Shown here: positions 25,698 through 37,006 of the stretch, one piece after another | How the letters are laid out: each line of letters starts with the position of its first letter | Position numbering within the stretch: position 1 is the first letter of the stretch | From: Eledone cirrhosa | Taxonomy: Eukaryota | Direction of reading: 5' to 3' | Length of the DNA: 64,000 nt | Assembly: GCA_964016885.1 (NCBI GenBank) | Contig: OZ024742.1 | Coordinates: 298,034,001 to 298,098,000, forward strand | Made by a program: the position numbers and the translations under genes | Notes under the pieces: model-generated | What the model was told of the DNA's origin: nothing | The model's input: only the letters and a program-made list of their open reading frames with translations | Database searches by the model: none

Positions 25698-27227
25698 CAA
25701 GCCATGTATAAAGAAACAGTCAGCAAGGTTAGAATTAACAACGAATATAGTGAAGAGTTTAGCGTAAAAGTTGGCGTCCATCAGGGCTCTGTTCTCAGCC
25801 CCCTACTATTTATTATTGCCCTTCAGGCTATAACAGAGGAGTTCAAGACAGGCTGCCCATGGGAACTCCTATACGCAGACGACCTGACACTCATAGCGGA
25901 ATCAATGGCCGAGCTAGAGAAGAAATTCCAAACATGGAAGCACGGCCTAGAGTCAAAAGGACTTAAAATTAACCTGGCTAAGACCAAAGTTCTAGTTTGT
26001 AGGAAAGAAAACAAGGCGGCGATCCCTTCTGGGAAATGGTCGTGCTCGGTGTGTAGGAAAGGCGTAGGTAGAAACTCCATTTTATGTCCTAAATGCAAAA
26101 TATGGGTGCATAAAAGATGTAGTGGGATCACAGGTAAGCTAACTAAGAACATAGATTTTACATGTGGCCGGTGTTCTGGTGCAATAAGTAGCAGCAAGTG
26201 CCCACAAAATACTAGCTCTTTCAATTGCGCAGAGGGTTCTATAGAAATAGTGGACAGCTTCCGTTACCTGGGCGATAAAATCAGCAGTGGGGGAGGGTGC
26301 TCTGAAAGTACTGTAGCTAGAGTCAGAACTGGTTGGAAAAAGTTCAGAGAGCTTATACCACTATTAGCTGCTAAAGGGTTCTCCCTAAAAATGAAAGGCA
26401 GGTTGTACGATGCCTGCATACGAACAGCAATGCTGCATGGCAGTGAGACCTGGGCATTGTGTGCAGAGGATATACGCAGACTAGAGAGGAACGAAGCTTG
26501 CATGCTCCACTGGATGTGTAACAGTAATATACGTGAACGGCAAAGCATAAACGAACTAAGGAAAAAATTAGAGATAAGAGGGATCAGATGTTGTTTACTC
26601 GAGAGAAGGCTACGTTGGTATGGACACGTGATGCGCATGAAAGTCGATAGCTGTATAACAAAGTGCAGGGCAATAAAGATAGACGGTAGTCACGGAATAG
26701 GCAGACCTAGAAAAACCTGGGACGAGCTGATAAACTCCGACATCACACACTTACACCTCTCCAAGACAATGTCACTGGACCGAGACCTTTGGCGGTACTC
26801 AGTAACAGAGAAGACCCGCCTTACCTAAATATATAGTAAAACCTACTCCAGCCAGTAGGCATCTCTAACAAAATACACCCCGTCCCACCACCACCACCCC
26901 CACCCCATCCACACCACCCCGTTCTATGTAAAGTTATGTTGGTGCCGCGCCATCCAGGCCGAAACAAATGAGATCGTGTAGGTGTCACGACAAAAAAACA
27001 CACAGTCCACGCTGTAATGTGGCCGTGTAGGCAACACGGTAAAAACCTCCCAGACCCACACTGTAAATGTGGTTGGTGTTAGGAAGGGCATCCAACTGTA
27101 GAAAACCTGCCAGACAGTCCTATGCGAGCAAGACAATCACTCTTGCCTCAAGTGGGACTACCCCCGTCCAAACCCATGCAAGCGTGGAACACGGACGTTA
27201 AACGTTGATGATGATGATGATGATGAT
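25698..27227 (+). mobile_element. RTE subfamily A copy A2 (5'-truncated; ORF 25704-26828), inverted near-twin of A1
   Basis: Shares the variants WSC, LHWM, KVDS, DITH and SVTE with A1; starts right after a (TA)n run. Confidence 0.95.
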
Positions 27228-27238
27228 ATATATATATA

Positions 27239-27610
27239 GTTATACTTTGGGAGGGTCATGTTGCCAATAAGAAACACACGCACCAGTTGCTTTCACTTCA
27301 ATTCATTATAAATTAAATTTATAAATTTAGGAATTTATAAATTTCCGGTTGGTTGGTTGGTTGGTTCCACAACCAGACGATTGTTCATATATTGTCAAAG
27401 TTCTTTCGTCACACATTCTGTGACCTCTTCAGTGACTTGGGATTCTTTCCTTTGTTTTTGTGCCTCTCCTTTGTTCTGTCCTACGCCATCTTGTTTTTGT
27501 GGTGCGTGTATTCCTTATTGGCAACATGACCCTCCCAAAGTATAACAATATCGGTTTCAAAACACGTTTTCAGAAAAAGAATCTTGCTAAACAAATTCAG
27601 AAACGAAATA
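27239..27610. mobile_element. Second hammerhead-bearing mini-element family with inverted arms
   Basis: Arms gttatactttgggagggtcatgttgccaataag (27239) and its reverse complement (~27500-27546), then a tail. Termini are homologous to the 19947 element. Confidence 0.7.
27394..27436 (-). ncRNA. Minimal type I hammerhead ribozyme
   Basis: GUCA CUGAAGA g GUCACA gaaug UGUGAC GAAA gaac UU UGAC; stems I and II are fully paired. Confidence 0.75.
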
Positions 27611-27646
27611 TATATATATACATATATATATATAATTCATCGCCGT

Positions 27647-27680
<34 letters not shown>

Positions 27681-27723
27681 AGTATATATACATGCGATGA
27701 ATTAGTATATATATGTATATATA

Positions 27724-28066
27724 CGGCGATGAATTAGTTTTGCGAGGTTTTTGATATGAAATCATGTGTTGATACAAATATTGTTATACTTGGGGAGGGT
27801 CATATTTGTGTAATAATATTGCCAAAATTAATAACAGAACACACTCACTGTTTGGTTCGTTTTCACTTCTGTGTCTTTTATATCGGTTAATTTAATTTAT
27901 TCAGTCCTCAATGTTGCCATTGATTGACCAACGGTCAAAAATACAGATACAATATAGACACAAACACATATATATAGTCTATCAAAGTTCTTTCATTGCA
28001 CATCTGCAACATCGTCAGTGGTGCTATTATGTTTCCTCCCGTTGCATTGTATGCCTACGGCATCTT
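27724..28066 (-). mobile_element. Copy of the 19947 hammerhead mini-element; hammerhead motif at 27981-28022
   Basis: Colinear with the reverse complement of 20077-20425. Motif reads acca CUGACGA u GUUGCA gaug UGCAAU GAAA gaac UU ugau. Confidence 0.7.
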
Positions 28067-28187
28067 TATTTAGTCTTAACACTCATCAAACAAAACACTA
28101 TACACACACGCAAACGCATGTGCAGAGAAGACAAGAAAATAAACAAATAAATAAATAAATAAACAAACAGATAAATAAACAGTTCCC

Positions 28188-28953
28188 TGAACTTCTTCCA
28201 TCCCGTTCTTACCCTAGTTATTGTACTTTCTGAACACCCACCTCCGCTGCTAATTCGGTCACCTAGGTAGCAGAAGCTATCTACTGGTTCACAGAGCCCC
28301 CCCCCCCCCCCGAGATTGGTGGTACTTGTTTCCTGTGGCTGTTTGCTGCTTGCTGTCCCAGCACAGCTGCTACATTGCTACATGTGAAGCCTACATTCTT
28401 AATTAAGCTTCCTGAGATCCCGCTACATCTCTTGTGTACCCATTGTATGCATTTGAGGCAGAGAATGGAGTTCCTACCTACACCTTTCCTACATACTGAG
28501 CAAGGCCATTTCCCTGAGGGGATCTAGGTTCTGTTTTCTTATTTACTTACAAGGACCTTAGTCTTTGTCATGTTGACTTTGAGACCCTTTCTTTCTAGTC
28601 CCTGCTTCCAAGTTTGGAATTTATTCTCTAGTTCTACCATAGGATCAGCTATATGTGCGAGGTCATCTGCATACAGGAGTTCCCATGGGCATCCGATCTT
28701 AAACTCCTCCGTTATTGCCTGCAGGACTATGATCAACAGGAGAGGGCTAAGATCAGAGCACTGGTGGACACCAACCTGTACTCTAAATTCCTTGCTATAC
28801 TCATTGCCAATCCTAACTTTGCTGACTGCTCCCCTATACATGGCTTGTACAGCTTTTACAAGCCATTCTTCTACTCCTAGTTTTCTAAGACCCCACCAGA
28901 TTATAGCACGTGGAACTCTGTCAAAGGCTTTCTCCAGATAGAGTGGCTTACTT
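28188..28953 (-). mobile_element. Internal RTE subfamily B fragment, degenerate
   Basis: [13 protein letters not shown] (AFVD deleted), YADD and PHD region; stop at 28539; no tail. Confidence 0.88.
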
Positions 28954-28954
28954 T

Positions 28955-29170
28955 GTATATATATATACATATATATGTATATATATATATATATACATGT
29001 ATATGTATATATACATATATATGTATCTATACATATATATGTATATATACATATATATGTATATATACATATATATATATATACATATATATGTATATAT
29101 ACATATATATATATACATGTATATATATATACATATATATATACATGTATATATATATACATATATATAT

Positions 29171-29201
<31 letters not shown>

Positions 29202-29258
29202 CATATATATATACATGTATATATATATATATACATATACATGTATATATATATACAT

Positions 29259-29289
<31 letters not shown>

Positions 29290-29297
29290 CATATATA
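28955..29297. repeat. Compound (TA)n microsatellite with TACATG/TACA variants; similar tracts at 29655-29805, 31993-32293, 32784-33069, 36690-37006, 37483-37745, 41661-41788 and 49975-50500
   Basis: Directly visible; source of the YI/IY-repeat pseudo-ORFs. Confidence 0.95.
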
Positions 29298-29660
29298 TCA
29301 TCATCATCATCATCATTTCATTTTACGTACGCTTTACAGTGAGTGATGGGTGCTTTTTTGCCGTGGCACCTCCACGAACACTTTACAGTGAGTGCTGGGT
29401 GCTTTTTTGCTGTGGTACCTCCACGACCACTTTACAGTGAGTGCTGGGTGCTTTTTTGCCGTGGCACCTCCACGACCACTTTGCAGTAGTATGATAGGGA
29501 CCCCAGTCCCTATCATCTCATTTCTACAGCTGAGTAAACTAGAGCAATGTGAAATAAAGTGTCTTGCTCAAGAACACAACACATCACCCGGTCTGAGAAT
29601 TGAACTCCCAACCTTTCAATTGCAAGGCCAATGCTCTGACGACTAAGTCATGTGCCTCCA
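29297..29660 (-). mobile_element. tRNA-derived SINE with three internal ~57-bp tandem units and RTE-type tail
   Basis: Head tgacttagtcgtcagagc...gagttcaattctc, core ttcttgagcaagacactt. Unit ctttacagtgagtgctgggtgc... occurs three times; (CAT)n tail. Confidence 0.8.
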
Positions 29661-29681
29661 TCATATATATCATCATATACA

Positions 29682-29713
<32 letters not shown>

Positions 29714-29765
29714 CATATACATGTGTATATATATATACACATATATATATATATACACACATGTA

Positions 29766-29804
<39 letters not shown>

Positions 29805-29805
<1 letters not shown>

Positions 29806-31290
29806 AATTAATAAAAACAATGAATAAAAACAAAGAACAAGTTCCCTATATTAAAAAATTCAACATTTTACGATCGTTTCTAAGATATATATGTGTGTTG
29901 GTATGTATATCATATAGATCTATGTAAAAATATCACAAACTATCAAAGGAAATATACATACTTTCACATATACATGCTGTCTTCAGAAATGAGGAGATTT
30001 GTTTATTGAAAAAAACCAACAAAGATTTAATATAATAGGTCTGTTTGCGAACAGGTTTTGAATTGACCAATAGAAAAGTAGTAAGACGTCAAGTTGATAG
30101 AATAGTAGTAGTAGAAATTTAATTTAGGGGTAGAGGAATGCAGACTTATGTTTTGAATGGAAAGAATACTTTGAATGAAAAGAATACTTTGGAGATGAAA
30201 AGAGGTCAAGCCAGTGAAGGGTACACGAACATTTGATGTTATTAAAGAATAATGTTAAAAACGAAGAAGAGTAACATTTTAGGGTAAGGGTATTAGTGAG
30301 AAATACCAATCTTATTTAAACCACAAAGAATTTAGATGTATAACAAGAAATTAAATTAATTGATAGGTATACTTATAGGAATAAATTTATATTAATTCAT
30401 ATGGATGTGATAAATAAGAATTGGATTTTATTAAAGAATGTTGTTAAAAACGAAGGAAAATGAAATTTTGGGATAAGGGTAGTTGTGAGAAATACCAATC
30501 TTATATAAACTACAAGGAATCTAGATGCATAACAGGAAATTAAATTAATTTATATGTATACTTTTAGGTATTAATTTTAGGAAAAGAGAGCTGTAAGAGG
30601 GAAATAAAATTATGAAGTTCTCTGTAGTAATGTACTAATTATAGGTTCACTAAATTAAAAAAACTAATTATAATATGTAAAATGTATATTAATTAGGTTT
30701 ATAATATTTGAAAGTTCTTCTAATTCTATGATTGCAAGATATAATTAATTCTTGTCGCTTATTTAATAGGATATCCTTAGATTTCATTATTTCAAAAAGT
30801 TCCTGGGAGCATTATCTACACTCATATCTGTTATTTTGATAAGGGGTGGCCCTTTTGAGCACACTCCAGGTCAGGTTGTAATCGATATTCTTTTTCCTAT
30901 AATTATTAATTGTTTCAACCAATGTTGTATTAGCTAATGCGGCATTTTTAAAACTGTCTGTGGATATTACATCTTACATTAAATTGGTTAGACGTAGCTC
31001 CTATATATGAATAAATGGAGTCCTTAGTGCTAATTTTACATTTATAGACTATGTTATTAATAAGACAATTTCGCTTTAATGGGCAATTTCTTTTGTTTCT
31101 ACAGTTACAACCATTCGTGAATATTATATCAGGGGAGTTAGTCAAATTTGGTGTGGAATTTACTCGACTTGTTATATGTGAAGGAGATGGTGGTTTGTTG
31201 CAGTTTATTTTAGTATTATGGTTGGTTTGATGTGTTGGTGGTATATTTGTGGGTTTTTTGCGTTGTATGCACTTATATTTTGTTGTATAT
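29805..31290 (-). mobile_element. 5'-truncated Penelope-like element (GIY-YIG endonuclease pseudogene, 3' region, hammerhead)
   Basis: CNCRNKRNCPLKRNCL..IVYKC..YIGAT..F.VR..IH (30948-31145). After a frameshift it continues WSVLKRATPY..C..C..E...LLNKRQEL..C.H to ~30689. A diverged ~190-bp tandem duplication spans 30240-30570. Confidence 0.85.
29864..29991 (-). ncRNA. Type I hammerhead with extended (~100 nt) stem II
   Basis: CAUUU CUGAAGA [long arm with ~11-bp helix auguauaugug/cacauauauau] GAAA CGAUCG UA AAAUG; stem III (ACGAUCGU) is palindromic. Confidence 0.6.
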
Positions 31291-31291
31291 T

Positions 31292-31992
31292 ATGTGTAAT
31301 AGTAATATACGTGAACGGCAAAGCATAAACGAACTAAGGGAAAAATTAGAAATAAGAGGGATCAGATGTTGTTTACTCGAGAGAAGGCTACGTTGGTATG
31401 GTCACGTGATGAGCATGAAAGACGACAGCTGTATAAAAAAGTGCAGGGCAATAAAGATAGACGGTAGCCACGGGGTAGGCAGACCCATAAAAACCTGGGA
31501 CGACCTGATAAATTCCGACCTCACACACTTACACCTCTCCAAGACAATGTCACTGGACCGAGATCTTTGGCGGTACTCAGTAATAGAGAAGACCCGCCTT
31601 ACCTAAATATAAAAGTAAAACCTACTACAGTCAGTAGGCATCTCTAACAAAATACACCCCCGTCCCACCACCCCCACCCCATCCACACCGCCCCTTTCAA
31701 TGTAAAGTTATGTTGGTGCCACAACATCCAGGCCGAAACAAATGAGATCGTGTAGGTGTCACGACAAAAAAAACACACAGTCCACACTGCAATGTGGCAG
31801 TGTAGGCAACACGGTAAAAACCTCCCAGTCCCACACTGTAAATGTGGTTGGTGTTAGGAAGGGCATCCAGCTGTAGAAAACCCGCCAGACAGTCCTATGC
31901 GAGCAAGACAACCACTCTTGCCTCAAGTGGGAAAACTCCCGTCCAAACCCATGCAAGCGTGGAACATGGTCGTTAAAAGATGATGATGATGA
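31292..31992 (+). mobile_element. RTE subfamily A 3' fragment
   Basis: MCNSNIRERQS...EKTRLT*, 3' UTR and (GAT)n tail. Confidence 0.92.
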
Positions 31993-31993
31993 T

Positions 31994-32050
<57 letters not shown>

Positions 32051-32146
32051 TATACATATACATGTATATACATATACATGTGTATATATACACATGTGTA
32101 TATATACACATGTGTATATATATACATGTGTATATATACACATGTG

Positions 32147-32272
<126 letters not shown>

Positions 32273-32293
32273 TATATATATACACACATATAC

Positions 32294-32783
32294 ATCATCA
32301 TCATCATCATCATCGTTTAACATCCATATTTCACGCTTGCATGGGTTTGGACGGGAGTTTTCCCACTTGAGGCAAGAGTGGTTGTCTTGCTCGCATAGGA
32401 CTGTCTGGCTGGTTTTCTATGGCTGGATGCCCTTCCTAACACCAACCACATTTACAGTGTGGAACTGGGAGGTTTTTACCGTGTTACCTACATGGCCACA
32501 TTACTGCATGGACTGTGTTTTTTTGTCGTGACACCTACACGACCTCATTTGTTTCGGGCTGGATGTTGTGACACCAACATAACTTTACATTGAAAGGGGT
32601 GGTGTGGATGGGGTGTGGGTAGTGGGACGGGGGTGTATTTTGTTAGAGGTGCCTACTGACTGTAGTAGGTTTCACTTTGTACTTAGGTAAGGCGGGTCTT
32701 CTCTATTACTGTGTAGCGCCAAAGCTCTCGGTCCAGTGACATTGTCTTGGAGAGGTGTAAGTGTGTGAGGTCGGAATTTATCA
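32294..32783 (-). mobile_element. RTE subfamily A 3' fragment, tail-to-tail with 31292-31992
   Basis: [30 protein letters not shown], 3' UTR and (CAT)n. Confidence 0.92.
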
Positions 32784-32807
32784 ATATATATATATTCACA
32801 CACACAC

Positions 32808-32923
<116 letters not shown>

Positions 32924-32948
32924 CACACATACATCTATATATATATAT

Positions 32949-32993
<45 letters not shown>

Positions 32994-33069
32994 TCTATAT
33001 ATATATATACACATACATATATATATATATATACACACATATATATATATATATATATACACATATATA

Positions 33070-34645
33070 CAGTGCCCCGCAAAAGTTTACAACACATTAG
33101 GAAAAATGCAGTTTTAGGTATTTTTAATAAAGTTAGGGTAATGAAAATTTAACTACTGATAGAACATATAATGAGGCATTTAATGATACAATCATATTTT
33201 TAAAAAAATAACAAGGAAATAACACATGAAGATAAATCAATATTTTTATAACGCAAAAGTTTACAACAGATTTTATATTTATCGCTTTTTTTCAAGAAAA
33301 TTCTTAAATTTTCAGATTTAAAATTCAGTAGAATGTTCTAGATTAGGTTTAAGGTAACTTCTAAGGACAATTAAAAACATTACATCATTATTTGTCTGAC
33401 AATCATCCTGTAAACATTGACAACCGTCCTGTAAACATGGACAATATGGGGAAAAATAAACTGATTGATCAAGACCTCTGTAAACGCATTGTAGACCTTC
33501 ATACAAATGGTGTTGGTTATAGAAAGATATCTTGTCAGTTAAATGTGCCATTGAGTTCAGTTGGTGCAATAATTCGTCACTGGAAATCTCATCATTCCAT
33601 CTGTCCTCTAATTAGTTCTGGTTGTCCTAGAAAGATAACGGAACGTGCAGCTCGGTTATTGACGAGAAAGGTTGGCAACGAACCCCGGTGTACTCTTAAA
33701 AATCTTCAGGATGACCTAGAAGAAAGTGGAGTAAAAGTGAGCACAGATACAATTAGTCGTTCACTTCGTCGATATAATATCTTCTCGAGGTCTCCAAGAA
33801 AAACACCACTTCTTACGAGGAAACACGTTCTTTGTCGATTAAACTTTGCAAATGAGCATCTCATCAAACCTGCGTCATTTTGGGAAGATGTACTTTAGTC
33901 GGACGAAACAAAAATTGAACATTTTGGTCGAAATGCTGTGGCAAAAGTCTGGAGAAAGAAAGGTACTGAATATTCGCTGAAGAATACTATTCCAACTGTA
34001 AAATTTGGAGGTGGATCAATCATGGTCTGGGGTTGCTTTAGTGCCACAGGTGTAGGAAATATTGAAATAATAGAAGGAAGAATGGGTGGCACTTATTATA
34101 GAGGTATTTTCCAAAGGAATTTACATCAAAGTGCACATTCTCTCAGCTTAAAGCCAGGTTGGTTTTTTCAACAAGATAGCAATCCAAAGCATACTGCAAA
34201 GCTAACACAATCTTGGTTAAGTACGAATAGAATAAATGTTCTAAAATGACCATGTCAGTCTCCAGATCTTAACCCGATCGAAAATTTGTGGAGAGAATTC
34301 AAAAAAGGAAACCCCAAAATATCCCTGAACTAAAGAAAATTTGTTGTGAAGAATGGATAAATATTAGCCAAGAAACATGCAAGAAGTTTGTAGGAGGCTA
34401 CTCCAAACGCCCTACAGGCTATAATTAGCAACAAAGGTTACGCTACGAAATATTAAGAGATGATTTAATAAATGTGTTGTAAACTTTTGCGTTATAAAAA
34501 TATTGATTTTTCTTCATGAGTTATTTCCTTGTTATTTTTTTAAAACTATGATTGTATCATTAAATGCCTCATTATATGTTCTATCGGTAGTTAAATTTTC
34601 ATTACCCTAACTTTATTAAAAATACCTAAAACCGCATTTTTCCTG
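33070..34645 (+). mobile_element. Tc1-family DNA transposon with long IR-DR type inverted repeats
   Basis: Starts TA|cagtg. TIRs are ~200 bp (33070-33270 vs 34474-34645), and gcaaaagtttacaaca occurs twice in the left TIR. The outer end of the right TIR is missing. Confidence 0.92.
33446..34456 (+). pseudogene. Tc1 transposase (DD34E) pseudogene
   Basis: HTH region, then SDETK, KFGGGSIMVWGCF, QQDSNPKH and SPDLNPIENLW. Stops at 33896 and 34247 plus a small deletion. Confidence 0.92.
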
Positions 34646-34733
34646 TGTATATATATATATATATATACATATATATACACACACATATATATATATATAT
34701 ACACACACATATATATATATATATACACACACA

Positions 34734-34772
<39 letters not shown>

Positions 34773-36690
34773 TAGTGAAAAAGAACAAAGGAACTATTAT
34801 GACATTATAACAAGTTTATTGCCGACAGCCGTTTCGTCCGACCATATGGTGGGACTTTTCAAGGCATATAACATGTGATTGTAAGATCATTATTTACATC
34901 AACGTATCACTCAAGGCTAGCAGTTTGAAATTGTGGTATACATCAGCAGCTCCGCTTGTATAGTTGGGGTCTATATTCTAAGGGGGCTCTTTTATATTAG
35001 TTGTCGGTGTCAGGGATTGAAGGTTAAAAATTAGATAATATATAATTTACGCATTAAAAGTAAAGATTAAACTAAAAGACTTGGGATACCGTAGAATCAC
35101 CTTAGAAAATCCCTCAATAAGTGCATAAAGCTTATAGGCTCCAATAAACCTAATAAAATAGAAGAAATTAAGAGGCTAATAAAATAAAAAAATAAAAATA
35201 TAAGGTTTCCCTAAAAAATATAAAGTTTCCTATGAAATTCCTTCCAGAGAAAAAAAAATTTTTCCGAAAGAAAAAAACTTTCTTCCCCCGAGATCACGTT
35301 AACAAATTTCAGAAAACTTACGAAGTTTTGATATTCCCTACTAAGTTGAAAAAAACTAATCAATTAAAGGTTAATTCAAAGAGCCTTCAATAAATCTCTC
35401 AGAAAAGGTCCCTTTAATATTTTTAATAGGAACTTCCTCCGAGAGACCCTTTGAAGAATTAAATTTTTTTAGAGCCTTTAAGGATATATATAAACGAATT
35501 GAGGAAAATTATAAATTAAAAGTTAAAAATTACGGTATTTGGGATATCCGAGGAATTTTCAAAGGGCTGCTTCAACAGATACAACTTAGGCATAATTGAT
35601 ACAATAATTTAAGCAATTTAAGTAATTTAATTAGGGAGCAATTCAAAGAGTTTATCAAGTTGGGCAAGATTAAAGAAAGTGGAAAATAAGAAAATACATA
35701 AGCAAAAAGACAATAATTATAAAATGTATTTTTAAGAAGGTATAAGGTAGCTTCAGTAATCTAATAATGTACTATCACAAAAAATTATTATAAAATTATT
35801 GATACAGGATTAACAAAGACATAATAATGTATTCCTGCCTAATTAACAAGTAATCAATACACTATTAACAGTCAGGCAAAATTAACTCAGGGATATACGG
35901 CGCTCGGATACTTTAAACACATACAGTAACACATAGGATTAGCACAGATATAATGGTATATTCCTGCCTAATTAACAAACAATCAATTAACAATTGATGG
36001 TCAAGAAAATGTACTCAGGGATATCCCGCGCACGGATATTTACATACATACAGCAGGATGAACAGTACTGGTGACCGTGTGGTCGCGATATCCATTATGC
36101 GTATGTAGTCATCTGCATAGCTCCAGGCACAGTTGGTCTTGTTTAAAAGTTCATAGTTCACGAATCAACTGGGATTCACTATCAGCTGCGTGGACTCTCT
36201 GGGAAATGTACCTGTGGATCAAATAGCTAATGGTTGCTGGGTGTCGTCCGTTCGATCTTTTAGTTTCGGGGGTTGCACGCGTTTGCTATAGACCAGCCTG
36301 CCGGTTCTAAATCCAAGGTCTCGCTACATAGGATGTATTGGTCTACATGCTATATTGGTAAAAAAACCAGTGTAGATTTGACTGGGGTGGTATATTACGA
36401 ACTCCAAGCCCACACGCGACTGGTCAAATGCGAAGGGCTGTCCAATCTTTGTTTGCTGTATGGGTCGATTCGAGCTTAGATGGTGGTCGTGTTATCCATA
36501 TTCCGTCAGTCCTGTATATTCAAGACAGATCAGGGTATATATTTGCGGGTATGGTCAGGCGTCTACGCTATCCAAAGGGTTTCTCTTGTGGTATTTTCAA
36601 GTTTGCATGTCATCTCCCGGTTAAGACTGCGCATGCTTCGGTGAATCTCATGCATGGAATCTTGGGGTATCATATTACACGGGGTATATC
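34773..36690 (-). mobile_element. Putative Penelope-like 3' segment ending in hammerhead + AATAAA, with unidentified cargo
   Basis: Bounded by (TA)n on both sides, with a hammerhead near one end. Contains a ~130-bp internal duplication (35830-36055) and a GC-richer, CpG-containing segment (36060-36690). Confidence 0.5.
34820..34866 (-). ncRNA. Type I hammerhead ribozyme, U3-A8 core variant
   Basis: UGCC UUGAAAA GUCC cACC auau GGUc GGAC GAAA CggcuG UC GGCA, followed directly by AAUAAA. Confidence 0.8.
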
Positions 36691-36744
<54 letters not shown>

Positions 36745-36837
36745 CATGTATATATATATACACACGTATATATATATACATACATGTATATATATATATA
36801 TACATGTATATATATATACATACATGTATATATATAT

Positions 36838-36910
<73 letters not shown>

Positions 36911-36934
36911 TATATATATATATATACACACACA

Positions 36935-36986
<52 letters not shown>

Positions 36987-37006
36987 TATATATATATATA
37001 CATATA

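Noticed and set aside
36095-36130. YADD on the minus strand as a second RT
   Set aside because: No surrounding RT motifs (QG..LSP, D...AFD); kept only as unidentified cargo.
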